A stretch of 64,000 nucleotides of DNA. Source: an uncultured delta proteobacterium (GTDB lineage Bacteria > Myxococcota > Myxococcia > Myxococcales > Myxococcaceae). The notes beneath the pieces were generated by a model that worked only from the letters and a program-made list of their open reading frames with translations, was not told the DNA's origin and made no database searches. The stretch is from NCBI GenBank assembly GCA_963776345.1, contig CAVZMH010000015.1, positions 1 to 64,000 on the forward strand. Direction: 5' to 3'. Position 1 is the first letter of the stretch; every line of letters begins with the position of its first letter. A program made the translations under genes and the position numbers. Of the stretch, positions 21,705 through 32,011 are shown one piece after another.

Positions 21705-23795
21705 TCAGTGTCCGCGGATGCGCGCCACGATCTCGTCCGCGACCGGCTTCGGCACCGCGGCGTAGTGGCTGAACTGCATGGTGTACGTCGCCCGGCCCTG
21801 CGTCCGCGAGCGCAGGTCGGTGGCGTAGCCGAACATCGTCGCCAGCGGCACCTGCCCCTGGATGTGCTGGGCCCCGCCCTTCGGCTCCATGCCCACGACC
21901 TTCCCCCGCCGGGCGTTCAGGTCGCCGATCACGTCGCCCATGAAGTCCTCGGGCGTCACCACCTCGATGGACATGATGGGCTCGAGCAGCACCGGCCCCG
22001 CCCGCGGGCCTCCCTCGCGCACCGCCATCGACCCGGCGATGCGGAAGGACACCTCGTTCGAGTCGACGTCGTGGAAGCTCCCGTCGATGGCCTCGACGTG
22101 CACGTCCACCATGGGGTAGCCGGCGAGCGGACCGTTGCTCATCGACTCCTGGGCGCCCTGGAACGCCGCCTCCACGAACTCCTTCGGCACCTTCCCGCCC
22201 ACGATGGAGTTCTTGCTGGTGAACCCCTTCCCCGACTCGTTCGGCGAGAGGCGGAACACGATGTCCCCGTACTGCCCGCGGCCGCCGGACTGGCGCACGT
22301 ACTGCCCGCGCGCCTCCACCGTCTGGGTGATGGTCTCCCGGTACGCCACCTGAGGCTTGCCGACGTTCGCCTCGACCTTGAACTCGCGCAGGAGCCGGTC
22401 GACGATGATCTCCAGATGCAGCTCGCCCATCCCGGCGATCAGCGTCTGGCCGCTCTCGGGATCGGTCCGAACCCGGAAGGACGGGTCCTCCACCGCCAGC
22501 TTCTGGAGCGACGTCCCGAGCTTGTCCTGGTCGGCCTTGGTCTTGGGCTCGATGGCGATGTCGATCACCGGCTCGGGGAACTCCATCCGCTCGAGCACGA
22601 TGGGGTGCCCCTCGTCGCAGAGCGTGTCGCCGGTGACGGTGAGCTTCAGCCCCACCGCCGCGGCGATGTCCCCGGCCAGCACCTCGTCGATCTCGTCCCG
22701 CTTGTCGGCCCGCATCTGGACCAGCCGCCCGATGCGCTCGCGCTTTCTCTTGGCCGGGTTCCACGCGGCCATGCCGGTCGCCAGCCGCCCCGAGTAGACC
22801 CGGATGAAGGTCAGCGTCCCCACGAAGGGATCGCTCATGATCTTGAACGCCAGCGCGCTGAACGGCGCGGTGTCGTTCGTCTCGCGGGTGGTGTCGTTCC
22901 CCTTGGGGTCCTTGCCATGCACCGGCGGGATGTCCAGCGGCGAGGGCAGCAGGTCCACCACCGCGTCCAGGAGCGGCTGCACGCCCTTGTGCTTGAACGC
23001 CGAGCCGCAGAGCACCGGGAACAGCGTCCGGGCGATGCACCCCTTCCGGAGCGCCGCCAGGAGCTCGGCCTCGGACGGCTCCTTCCCGTCCAGGTACAGC
23101 GCCATCACCCGGTCGTCCTGGTCGGCGCAGGCCTCGATCAGGTGCGCGCGTGCGGTCCTCGCCGCCTCGAGCAGCGAGGCCGGGATGTCCACCACCTCGA
23201 ACCGGCTCCCCAGCTCCGACTCGTCGAAGCTGATGCCCTTCATCCGAACCAGGTCGATCACCCCCTGGTGCTGATCCTCGACCCCCCAGGGGATCTGCAC
23301 CGGGACCGCGTGGGCCCCGAGCTTCTCCCGGATGCTCCGGACCGACATCTCGAAGTCGGCCCCCAGCCGGTCCATCTTGTTGATGAAGCAGATCCGGGGG
23401 ACGCCGTACCGGTCGGCCTGCCGCCACACCGTCTCGCTCTGGGGCTCCACGCCGTTGGCCGCGTCGAACACCGCGATGGCGCCATCGAGCACCCGCAGCG
23501 ACCGCTCCACCTCGATGGTGAAGTCCACGTGCCCCGGGGTGTCGATGATGTTGATGCGGTAGCGCTGGTCCCGCCGGTTCCAGAAGGCGGTGATCGCCGC
23601 CGAGGTGATGGTGATGCCGCGCTCGCGCTCCTGCACCATCCAGTCGGTGGTGGTGTTGGCGTCGTCGACGTCGCCCATCTTGTGGATGGTGCCGGTGTAG
23701 AAGAGGATCCGCTCGGTGGTGGTCGTCTTCCCGGCATCGATGTGCGCCATGATGCCGATGTTGCGGTAGCGCTCGAGCGGGAAGTCGCGGGCCAT
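21705..23795 (-). CDS. fusA: Elongation factor G
   Basis: [43 protein letters not shown]; follows rpsG. Confidence 0.97.
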   Translation of the reverse strand: MARDFPLERYRNIGIMAHIDAGKTTTTERILFYTGTIHKMGDVDDANTTTDWMVQERERGITITSAAITAFWNRRDQRYRINIIDTPGHVDFTIEVERSLRVLDGAIAVFDAANGVEPQSETVWRQADRYGVPRICFINKMDRLGADFEMSVRSIREKLGAHAVPVQIPWGVEDQHQGVIDLVRMKGISFDESELGSRFEVVDIPASLLEAARTARAHLIEACADQDDRVMALYLDGKEPSEAELLAALRKGCIARTLFPVLCGSAFKHKGVQPLLDAVVDLLPSPLDIPPVHGKDPKGNDTTRETNDTAPFSALAFKIMSDPFVGTLTFIRVYSGRLATGMAAWNPAKRKRERIGRLVQMRADKRDEIDEVLAGDIAAAVGLKLTVTGDTLCDEGHPIVLERMEFPEPVIDIAIEPKTKADQDKLGTSLQKLAVEDPSFRVRTDPESGQTLIAGMGELHLEIIVDRLLREFKVEANVGKPQVAYRETITQTVEARGQYVRQSGGRGQYGDIVFRLSPNESGKGFTSKNSIVGGKVPKEFVEAAFQGAQESMSNGPLAGYPMVDVHVEAIDGSFHDVDSNEVSFRIAGSMAVREGGPRAGPVLLEPIMSIEVVTPEDFMGDVIGDLNARRGKVVGMEPKGGAQHIQGQVPLATMFGYATDLRSRTQGRATYTMQFSHYAAVPKPVADEIVARIRGH

Positions 23796-23863
23796 GATCG
23801 ATCTCTACAAATGACAACGGCCGGGAGGCCCGGCCGTGGGAACTTCGAGGATTCGGCCCCCGC

Positions 23864-24334
23864 TTACCAGCGGTAGTGGGCGAAGGCCTTGTTGGCCTCG
23901 GCCATCTTGTGCGTGTCCTCGCGCTTCTTCACCGCGTTGCCACGGTTGTTGGCCGCGTCCATGATCTCGCCGGCCAGCTTCTCCTCCATCGTCTTCTCGC
24001 CGCGCGCCTTGGCGAAGATGATGAGCCAGCGCATGCCCAGCGCCACGCGGCGGTCCTGCCGGACCTCGACCGGGACCTGGTAGGTCGCGCCGCCCACGCG
24101 GCGGCTCTTGACCTCCAGCACGGGCTTCACGTTGTCCAGCGCCTTCTTGAAGGTGCGGAGCGGCTCCTCCTTCGCCCGCTCCTCGATGAGGGCGAAGGCG
24201 CCGTAGCAGACCCGCTCGGCGATGGACTTCTTGCCCTTCCGCATCAGGTCGTTGACGAACTTGGTGACCAGCCGGTCCTGGAACTTCGGGTCGGGGAGGA
24301 TCTTCCGCTTGGCGACGACGCGACGACGAGGCAT
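23864..24334 (-). CDS. rpsG: 30S ribosomal protein S7
   Basis: [30 protein letters not shown]. Confidence 0.99.
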   Translation of the reverse strand: MPRRRVVAKRKILPDPKFQDRLVTKFVNDLMRKGKKSIAERVCYGAFALIEERAKEEPLRTFKKALDNVKPVLEVKSRRVGGATYQVPVEVRQDRRVALGMRWLIIFAKARGEKTMEEKLAGEIMDAANNRGNAVKKREDTHKMAEANKAFAHYRW

Positions 24335-24349
24335 CTGCTTTGGCTTCCT

Positions 24350-24722
24350 TTAGCTCGGGCGCTTCGCGCCGTACTTGCTGCGACTCTGCTTCCGGCCCTG
24401 CACGCCGACCGAGTCCAGGGTGCCGCGGATGATGTGGTAGCGGACGCCGGGGAGGTCCTTCACCCGGCCCCCGCGGATCATCACCACCGAGTGCTCCTGG
24501 AGGTTGTGACCCACGCCGGGGATGTAGGACGTCACCTCGATGCCGTTGGTCAGCCGGACGCGGGCCACCTTCCGCAGCGCCGAGTTCGGCTTCTTCGGGA
24601 GTGGTGGTGTAGACGCGGGTGCACACCCCACGCTTCTGGGGAGACTCCTTGAGCGCCGGGCTCTTCCCCTTCACCACGAGCTTCTCGCGCCCCTTGCGCA
24701 CCAGCTGACTGATGGTCGGCAT
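24350..24722 (-). CDS. rpsL: 30S ribosomal protein S12 (one extra base at ~24598, probable sequence error)
   Basis: MPTISQLVR...[10 protein letters not shown] in one frame and [15 protein letters not shown]...[12 protein letters not shown] in the next; span 373 bp = 3n+1. Confidence 0.97.
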
Positions 24723-24792
24723 CCGTCCCTTGTCCGTCGAACGATGGCGGCGACCGTCGGGCACACGCCCACCACGGAAGCCCCCGAAAAGA

Positions 24793-24828
24793 GGGCGCGG
24801 TCTATAACGGTGCGTCACAGCGAGTCAA
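24793..24828 (-). promoter_or_regulatory. Candidate sigma70 promoter of str operon
   Basis: Minus strand TTGACT-N16-TATAGA then GC-rich discriminator CCGCGCCC, ~80 bp upstream of rpsL. Confidence 0.6.
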
Positions 24829-24938
24829 GCATCACGCCTCGAGGCTCGGAGCCTAGATGTCTCCGCCGCCCTGACCTCGCCGACGATTGCCAGGCTTGAG
24901 ACCACTTCACCGTGGCCCTCGGCTGCGGCGGCCCTGAC

Positions 24939-25418
24939 CTACAGGTCGAGGACCATGACGATCGCGTCCTCGCCCTCGTCCACGTAGTAGTTCGGCCGGA
25001 TTCCGACTGGCCGGAACCCGAACGTCCGGTACAGCTCCAGCGCCGCGGCGTTGCTCCGCCGCACCTCCAGCGTGGCCAGGGTGCACCGCTTCTGCCGCCC
25101 GCCGTCGAGGGCGGCCTGGAGCACCGCCCGGGCCACCCCGCGCCGCCGGTGTTCGGGGGCGGTGGCCACGTTCAGGATGTGCAGCTCGTCGTGCACCACC
25201 CAGAAGATGGCGAACCCGAGCAGCGTCATCCCCCGCGGACCCGGCTCCTCGGCGACCAGGATGGTGGACCAGTCGTGACCGAGCTCCCGGGCTAGGAGAT
25301 CTCGGCTCCAGGGGTTCCGGAACGCCACCTGCTCGATCTCCATCACCCTCGGCAGGTCGGCGGGGGTCATCGGGCGGAGCTGGAACGCCCCTCCCGGGCT
25401 CTCCCGGAGCTTCCTCAC
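24939..25418 (-). CDS. rimI: Ribosomal-protein-alanine N-acetyltransferase
   Basis: IEQVAFRNPWS, ELHILNVA, RRRGVA, LEVRRSN, RPNYY...EDAIVM; GTGA overlap with the upstream gene. Confidence 0.93.
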   Translation of the reverse strand: MRKLRESPGGAFQLRPMTPADLPRVMEIEQVAFRNPWSRDLLARELGHDWSTILVAEEPGPRGMTLLGFAIFWVVHDELHILNVATAPEHRRRGVARAVLQAALDGGRQKRCTLATLEVRRSNAAALELYRTFGFRPVGIRPNYYVDEGEDAIVMVLDL

Positions 25419-26090
25419 CGGGCCGCCTCCCCGAGCCCCAGCTGGTCCCGGGCGAGCTCCTCGGGCCGGGCGATGATCCGCACCGGGATGGACGTCCGCA
25501 GCTGGCCGAGCGCCTCCCGGGCGAGCACGAAGGCCCGCTCCCGTTGCATCCGCTCGCGGAGCGGACCGCGCGCCTCCTCCCAGGTGCGCCCGCCCTTGTC
25601 CGCGTCCCAGGCCTTCCGCACCTCCGCCTCGGGCACCTGCGAGCGGAGCCGGACCCGACCCTCGATGAACTTCTCGGTCCGGAGCGCCCGGGCCAGCACC
25701 TCGGCCAGGGCGGCCCGGTCCGCGTCGTGAGCCTTGAGGAAGGCCTGGAACGCGGCGGGCGTCGCGAAGCGGGACTCGAGAGCACGCATCCGCTGGTCGA
25801 TCTCCGCCGGCTCCACCGGATAGGCGTTGAGCTTGTCCGCCTCGGCCGTCGCCGCGCGCTGGGCGATGGCCAGATCCAGGGCGCCCTGGATCGTGGAGGC
25901 GTCCAGCGGCGCCGCGGCGGCCTCCACTCCCCCGCGATCGATGAGCATCACCCGGGCCTCGAAGTCGAGCTGGCTCCAGCTGAGCACGCGGCCGTCCACC
26001 AGCGCCACCACCCGGTCCAGGACCCGCGCCGGCGCCGGGTGGGCGCAGAGGAGCAAGCCGAGCGCGAGCAGGCGCCGCGTCCACTGGCAT
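25415..26090 (-). CDS. Exported SurA N-terminal-domain-like protein
   Basis: [14 protein letters not shown] after a signal peptide. Removing one C after ATG 26090 gives [21 protein letters not shown]; otherwise the start is uncertain. Confidence 0.65.
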
Positions 26091-26123
26091 GGTCGTCGCG
26101 GACGGTTAAGCTGCCTCGACTGC

Positions 26124-27296
26124 ATGGCTGAGGACCTCTACCAGCTGCTCGGCGTCGCCCGCGGCGCCGGCGAGGACGAGATCAAGAAGGCGTACCGGAA
26201 GCTGGCGCGCAAGTACCACCCGGACGTGAACCCCGGCAACAAGGCCGCCGAGGAGAAGTTCAAGCAGGTGAGCGCCGCCTTCGAGGTGCTGTCCCATCCG
26301 GAGAAGCGGAAGCTCTACGACGAGTTCGGCGAGGATGCCGCCAAGATGGGCTACGACCCGAAGAAGGCCGAGGCCTTCCGGGCGTACCGGGACGCGGCGA
26401 CCCGGGGCGGCGGGGCCCCCGGCGGCTTCGGCGGGACGGGCGGCATCCCCAACATGGAGGGCTTCGACCTCGGGGACCTCTTCGGCGAGCTGTTCCGCAG
26501 CCGCGGCGGCGGCGGCCGGGGGATGGAGGACCCGTTCGGCCGCGAGGAGGCGGAAGGGCCGAGCCGCGGGGAGGACCTCCACGCCCAGGTGCGCCTGTCG
26601 CTCCGGGACGCGGTCACCGGCACCGAGCGCAGCCTCTCGGTCACTCGCCCGGGCCGCTGCAAGAAGTGCAAGGGTTCCGGGCACTTCGGAAAGCCGGAGA
26701 CCTGCCCGACGTGCAAGGGCTCGCGCCGGATCCGCCAGGGCCGAGGCCCCCTGTCGATGAGCGCCCCCTGCCCTACGTGTGCCGGGAGCGGGAAGGTGGC
26801 CGCACCGTGCGACCTCTGCGGCGGCACGGGCCGGGTCGAGGAGACCGCCCGCGTGACGGTGAAGATCCCCGCCGGGGTCCAGACCGGCTCGCAGGTGCGG
26901 GTCGCTGGCCAGGGCGCCGCCGGCGCCCAGGGCGGACCGCCGGGCGACCTCTTCCTCGAGGTCCAGGTCGAGCCGCATCCGCTCGTCCGCCGCGAGGGCG
27001 ACGACCTCTACGTCGAGCTGCCGGTGACGGTGGCCGAGGCGATGCTCGGCGCCCAGGTGCGCGCACCCACCTTCACCGGCGAGGTGACCCTCACCGTCCC
27101 GCCGCACAGCCAATCGGGCCGGAAGCTCAGGCTCAAGGGCCAGGGCGTGCCGGCGCTCCGGGGCAACGGCCGCGGCGACCTGTACTTCGAGCTCCGCATC
27201 CTCGTGCCGGAGAGGACGACCGCGGATCTGAAGGCCGCGGCCGAGACGCTGGCCCGTGCCTACCCGCACGACGTGCGCGCCGACCTGCGGCTCTGA
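26124..27296 (+). CDS. dnaJ: DnaJ-class chaperone
   Basis: J domain with HPD, G/F region, four CxxCxG(x)G-like zinc motifs, C-terminal domain. May be a paralogue. Confidence 0.9.
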   Translation: MAEDLYQLLGVARGAGEDEIKKAYRKLARKYHPDVNPGNKAAEEKFKQVSAAFEVLSHPEKRKLYDEFGEDAAKMGYDPKKAEAFRAYRDAATRGGGAPGGFGGTGGIPNMEGFDLGDLFGELFRSRGGGGRGMEDPFGREEAEGPSRGEDLHAQVRLSLRDAVTGTERSLSVTRPGRCKKCKGSGHFGKPETCPTCKGSRRIRQGRGPLSMSAPCPTCAGSGKVAAPCDLCGGTGRVEETARVTVKIPAGVQTGSQVRVAGQGAAGAQGGPPGDLFLEVQVEPHPLVRREGDDLYVELPVTVAEAMLGAQVRAPTFTGEVTLTVPPHSQSGRKLRLKGQGVPALRGNGRGDLYFELRILVPERTTADLKAAAETLARAYPHDVRADLRL

Positions 27297-27387
27297 CGGA
27301 GCGAGGGCGCCGGGTGCAATTCCTAGGACCCGCCCGGGCCCTTGCGTCGGACACGCCGTGACGTAAAAGCCTCCCCCCGGCCCTTCG

Positions 27388-27822
27388 ATGGATCCCCAGT
27401 CCGACACCGTCACCGTCTCCACCCGCGGGCGCGGGCTCCACGACATCACCCGCTCGATCGACGACTTCGTGCAGCGGCTCAAGGTGGCCGCGCCAGGGCC
27501 CCGGACCGGCCTCCTCACCTGCTTCATCCGCCACACCTCGGCCAGCCTGGTCGTCCAGGAGAACGCCGACCCCGAGGTGCTCTCGGACCTGGAGCGATTC
27601 TTCGCCCGCCTCGTCCCGGACGGCGACAGGATCTTCCATCACACCGCCGAGGGCCCGGACGACATGCCCAGCCACGTCCGGGCGGCGCTCACCCAGACCT
27701 CGCTCTCCATCCCGGTGGTGGACGGTTCCCTCGCGCTCGGCACCTGGCAGGCCATCTACCTCTACGAGCATCGCACCCGTGCCCACCGCCGCGAGGTGGT
27801 TCTGTTGTACGTCGGTCGCTAG
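27388..27822 (+). CDS. yjbQ: UPF0047/YjbQ family protein
   Basis: HTSASLVVQENADP, EGPDDMPSH, LGTWQAIYLYEHR. Confidence 0.92.
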   Translation: MDPQSDTVTVSTRGRGLHDITRSIDDFVQRLKVAAPGPRTGLLTCFIRHTSASLVVQENADPEVLSDLERFFARLVPDGDRIFHHTAEGPDDMPSHVRAALTQTSLSIPVVDGSLALGTWQAIYLYEHRTRAHRREVVLLYVGR

Positions 27823-27840
27823 CAAGGAGACTCCTCGCCC

Positions 27841-28593
27841 GTGGGCATCCTCGACATCTTCGGCGGCGGCAAGAGCCCCGAGCGCGCCACCAAGCTCAAG
27901 GCCAAGGTGACGCAGAAGTACGGCGGCCCCGAGGCGCGTCAGAAGGCCATCCAGCAGCTCGGCGAGATGGAGTTCCCCGAGGCCACCGCCTCGCTCCTGG
28001 CCCGCTTCACCATCACCGTCGACCCGGCGACGACGGACACCGACGAGAAGGAGCACGTCTTCGGACTCCTCCGCGCCCGCGGCGAGGCGGCCGTCGAGCC
28101 GATCCGCACCTTCCTCCGCCGCAACGACCAGGCCAGCTCCTGGGCGGTCCGCCTCCTCCGGGAGATCCTCCCCGCCGACCGCTGCGTCACCGTCGTGGTC
28201 GAGCACCTGGGAGAGCTGGCGGACGTCTACACCCGGGACCCGGAGAAGAAGCTGGTCCTGCTCCACGAGGCCGAGTCGCTCGACGACGCCCGCGTCCCGC
28301 CCCGGGTGCTCCCCTTCCTCGAGGACATGGCGGACGACGTGAAGATCGCCGCCCTCCGCGCGCTGGCCCCCCGGGCCTACCCCGAGGCCCGCGAGCCGAT
28401 GCTCAGGCTCCTCACCGCGCCCGAGACCGCCCGGCGAGTCCAGACCGCCGCCATCGAGGCGATCGCCGGCAGCGGGTTCGGGGTCCAGGGCTACCGGGAG
28501 AAGGTCGAGTCGCTCCTGCCCGAACCGTTCTTCGTCGACAAGGCGGGCATCCTGAAGCGCCGCGGCGCGCCGGGCGCGGGGCAGCCGGAGTAA
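27841..28593 (+). CDS. HEAT-repeat protein
   Basis: Helical repeats (RQKAIQQLG, VKIAALRAL); AGGAG RBS upstream. Confidence 0.75.
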   Translation: MGILDIFGGGKSPERATKLKAKVTQKYGGPEARQKAIQQLGEMEFPEATASLLARFTITVDPATTDTDEKEHVFGLLRARGEAAVEPIRTFLRRNDQASSWAVRLLREILPADRCVTVVVEHLGELADVYTRDPEKKLVLLHEAESLDDARVPPRVLPFLEDMADDVKIAALRALAPRAYPEAREPMLRLLTAPETARRVQTAAIEAIAGSGFGVQGYREKVESLLPEPFFVDKAGILKRRGAPGAGQPE

Positions 28594-28609
28594 GTACCAG
28601 CCTCGTCTC

Positions 28610-30280
28610 ATGCCGCGCTCGCCCAAGACACCCACCCGACGTCGCTCGAAGGCGCTGGTGGAGCTGTTCCCCCACCTTGCCCCGGCGGCCGAGGCACCGC
28701 CCGGGCCGGACGCCGCCGCCCGCACGCTCCGGAAGATGGCCGACGCCATCCACCGCAGCGCCACCCTCGCCGAGGCCCAGAAGCTCCAGCTCGGCCTCAT
28801 CGCCTCGCTCCTCGGAGCCCGGAGCGCCTACCTGGCCGAGTACATCCACCTGCGCGACCGGCTGGAGGTCGCGACGGCGAAGGGAAGGAACGAGCCGCGC
28901 ATCACCGCCGTCCGCCCCGGGGAAGGGCCGGTGGGCACGGCCTTCGCCGAGCGCAGGCTGGTGCGTGACCGTGACCTGGTCGCGGTGCCGCTCCAGGGCG
29001 CCGCTGGCCCGCTGGGCGCGCTGGTGCTCATCTCACCGAAGGTGGACGCGCCGGACGCGCTGCTCGAGGCGCTCGCCGCCCAGGCCGCCGCGGCCTGGGA
29101 GCACGCCCGGCTGCGCGAGGACACCGCCCGCCGCGAGAAGGACCTCAAGACGGCGCTCGCCGGGCTGAAGTCGATGGAGAAGAACCGCGAGGAGCTCCTC
29201 TCCAACGTCTCCCACGACCTCAAGACGCCGCTCACCACGGTGAAGGCCTACCTGGCCATGCTCGGGCAGGGACGGCTGGGCCAGCTTCCGGATCCGCAGC
29301 TGCACGCGGTGCAGGTCGCCGAGCGGAACGCGGACCGGCTGCTGCGGATGCTGAACGACGTGCTGCTCCTGTCCCGGCTCCAGACGGGGAAGATGAGGCT
29401 GACCAGCCGGCCCTTCGGGCTCCGGGCCCTGGTGCACGACGTGATGGCCGCGCTGGCCTCGGCGGGGGAGCTCTCGCGCGTGCGGCTGACGCTCGCCCCG
29501 GCGCCCGAGGTGTTCGTCAAGGGCGACCGGGAGCGCCTGTTCGAGGCGGTGCACAACCTCGTCGAGCACGCCCTGTTCCTCTGCAGCCCCGACGGCGAGG
29601 TGCAGGTCGAGGTGCGCTCGGAGCCGGGGCTCGCCCTGCTCACCGTGCGCGACGACGGGATGGGGCTGCCGGCCGAGGACCTCGAGGGCCTCTTCGACGC
29701 CTTCCACCGGAGCCGCACCGGGCCGGGCGCGAGCGTGGGGCTCGGCCTGCCCGTCACCGCGAAGATCGTCCAGCTGCACGGCGGCCGGATCGAGGCCGAG
29801 GGCGCGCCGGGCGCCGGGACCTTCCGGCGGGTGGTGCTCCCCGCCTTCGCCGCCCAGGTGGGCATCGCCGACCCGGACGAGACGCTCACCCCGCGGGCCG
29901 GCCACATCCTCCTGGTCGAGGACGACCGGGACTGCCGCGAGGTGCTGCAAGAGCTGCTCGAGCAGGAGGGCTACAGCGTGGCCTCCGCCGCCGGCGCCGA
30001 GGAGGCCCGGACGCTGCTCGAGGGCCTCCGTCCGGCGATGGTGCTGCTCGACCTCCGCCTGTCCGAGGAGGACGGCCGGAGCGTGCTCCGCCACCTGCGC
30101 GGGCAGCCGGAGATGGCCGAGACGCCGGTCTACATCATCTCCGGCGCCTCCGAGGTGGCCTCCCTGAGCACCGGGACCGGGCTGGACCGCATCGACGGGT
30201 TCTTCGAGAAGCCGCTTCACCTGCCGAAGTTGCTGGACACCGTGGCCTCGGTGGTGCGACCCGTTCGCTCCGTCCGATGA
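28610..30280 (+). CDS. Hybrid sensor kinase (GAF-like, HisKA, HATPase, REC)
   Basis: SHDLKTPL, DDGMG, GLGL, LLVEDD...LLDLRL...KP. Confidence 0.92.
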   Translation: MPRSPKTPTRRRSKALVELFPHLAPAAEAPPGPDAAARTLRKMADAIHRSATLAEAQKLQLGLIASLLGARSAYLAEYIHLRDRLEVATAKGRNEPRITAVRPGEGPVGTAFAERRLVRDRDLVAVPLQGAAGPLGALVLISPKVDAPDALLEALAAQAAAAWEHARLREDTARREKDLKTALAGLKSMEKNREELLSNVSHDLKTPLTTVKAYLAMLGQGRLGQLPDPQLHAVQVAERNADRLLRMLNDVLLLSRLQTGKMRLTSRPFGLRALVHDVMAALASAGELSRVRLTLAPAPEVFVKGDRERLFEAVHNLVEHALFLCSPDGEVQVEVRSEPGLALLTVRDDGMGLPAEDLEGLFDAFHRSRTGPGASVGLGLPVTAKIVQLHGGRIEAEGAPGAGTFRRVVLPAFAAQVGIADPDETLTPRAGHILLVEDDRDCREVLQELLEQEGYSVASAAGAEEARTLLEGLRPAMVLLDLRLSEEDGRSVLRHLRGQPEMAETPVYIISGASEVASLSTGTGLDRIDGFFEKPLHLPKLLDTVASVVRPVRSVR

Positions 30281-31995
30281 CCCAGTTCCTCCACGACCGG
30301 CTCCTCGAGTCCTTCGCCTCCGCGCTCGCCACCGCCCTCGGGCAGCCGGTGGACGCCATCCGCGCCCAGGTGAAGCCCGCCGAGCCGGAACACGCGGACC
30401 TCGCCTTCCCCACCTTCCCGCTCGCCAAGCAGCTCCGGACCGCGCCGCCGAAGATCGCCGCCGACCTGGCCGGCCGCCTCTCCGTCCCGGGACTGGAGAT
30501 CGCCGCCGCCGGGCCGTACGTCAACGCGCGGTTCGAGCCCCGGGCCTTCATGGGCGGCGTGCTCGCCGAGGCGCGCGGGGCGGGCACCGGCTACGGGTCG
30601 ACCGACGCCGGCCGCGGCAAGACGGTGGTCATCGACTACTCGTCGCCGAACATCGCCAAGCCCATCGGGTTCCATCATCTGAGAACCACGCTCATCGGCC
30701 ACGCCATCGCCAACCTGTACCGGAGCCAGGGCTGGCGGGTGGAAGGCATCAACTACCTCGGCGACTGGGGGAAGCAGTTCGGCCTGGTCGCGGTGGGGCT
30801 CCGCGAGTACGGCGACCCGGCGCGCCGGGGCGAGATGGGCCACCTGGTCGACGTGTACGTGAAGGCCAACGCCCGCGCCGAGGCGGACCCCGCCTTCGAC
30901 GCCGAGGCCCGCGCCTTCTTCCGGGGGATGGAGGAGGGAGACCCCCAGGCCCGGGCGCTCTGGACCGAGCTCCGCGAGACATCGCTCCGGGGCTTCCTCC
31001 CCATCTACGAGCGGCTGGGCATCCGCTTCGAGCACATCGACGGGGAGAGCCTCTACCAGGACCGGATGGAGCGGGTCATCGAGGAGATCGGCCGGACGGT
31101 GGGCGTGCGCGAGAGCGACGGGGCGCTGATCGTCGACCTCCCGTACGCGGAGGGCGAGCCGCCCGTCCTCCTCAAGAAGGCGGACGGGAGCACGCTCTAC
31201 GCCACCCGGGACCTCGCCGCGGCGGAGGACCGCTGGGAGCGCTTCCACTTCGACCGCTCGCTGTACGTCGTCGCCCGGGACCAGTCGCTCCACTTCGCCC
31301 AGGTGTTCCGGGTGCTGAAGGCGATGGGCAAGCCCTGGGCGGACCGCTGCGTCCACGTCTCGTTCGGCCGCATCATGGGGATGTCCACCCGCGCCGGAAA
31401 GCTCGTCCTCCTCAACGACGTGCTCGACGAGGCGCGGGCCCGCGCGCTGGAGAAGGTGCAGCAGAGCGCCGCCTCGGGGCGCATCCACACCGAGGAGCCG
31501 GAGCGGCTCGCCGAGCAGGTGGGCCTCGGCGCGGTCATCTTCGGCGATCTCAAGAACCGCCGGAACACCGACTACACCTTCGACTGGGACGAGGTGCTCG
31601 AGTTCGACGGGCACACCGGCCCCTACCTCCAGTACGCCCACGCCCGCGCCTGCAACCTCCTCAAGCGCGGCGGCGGCGCCCCGACCCAGGCGGACCCGGG
31701 CCTGCTCACCCTTCCGGAGGAGCAGCAGCTCGCCCGGACGCTGGCCCGGCTTCCGATACAGATTCGCGCGGCGGTGGAGCAGGACGAGCCGTCGTTCGTC
31801 GCCCGCCACCTGCTCGACGTCAGCGTCGAGTTCAGCCGCTGGTATACGCTCGGCAACCAGGACCGCGACAAGCGGGTGCTGCACGAGTCGAACGAGGCGC
31901 TGCGCGCAGCCCGGCTCGCGCTCGCTGACGCGGTGCGCATCGTCCTCGCCACCGGGCTTCAGCTTCTCGGCATCGCCGCGCCCGAGAGCATGTAA
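30277..31995 (+). CDS. argS: Arginine--tRNA ligase
   Basis: IDYSSPNIAKP, NYLGDWGKQFG, YATRDLA, MSTRAG, GPYLQYAHAR. Confidence 0.97.
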   Translation: MTQFLHDRLLESFASALATALGQPVDAIRAQVKPAEPEHADLAFPTFPLAKQLRTAPPKIAADLAGRLSVPGLEIAAAGPYVNARFEPRAFMGGVLAEARGAGTGYGSTDAGRGKTVVIDYSSPNIAKPIGFHHLRTTLIGHAIANLYRSQGWRVEGINYLGDWGKQFGLVAVGLREYGDPARRGEMGHLVDVYVKANARAEADPAFDAEARAFFRGMEEGDPQARALWTELRETSLRGFLPIYERLGIRFEHIDGESLYQDRMERVIEEIGRTVGVRESDGALIVDLPYAEGEPPVLLKKADGSTLYATRDLAAAEDRWERFHFDRSLYVVARDQSLHFAQVFRVLKAMGKPWADRCVHVSFGRIMGMSTRAGKLVLLNDVLDEARARALEKVQQSAASGRIHTEEPERLAEQVGLGAVIFGDLKNRRNTDYTFDWDEVLEFDGHTGPYLQYAHARACNLLKRGGGAPTQADPGLLTLPEEQQLARTLARLPIQIRAAVEQDEPSFVARHLLDVSVEFSRWYTLGNQDRDKRVLHESNEALRAARLALADAVRIVLATGLQLLGIAAPESM

Positions 31996-32011
31996 AACTG
32001 GCCAGAGGGCC

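Noticed and set aside
24590..24605. Programmed frameshift or pseudogene in rpsL
   Set aside because: No slippery heptamer or stimulator. One extra C in a CCC run matches the other +1 errors, and the gene is essential.
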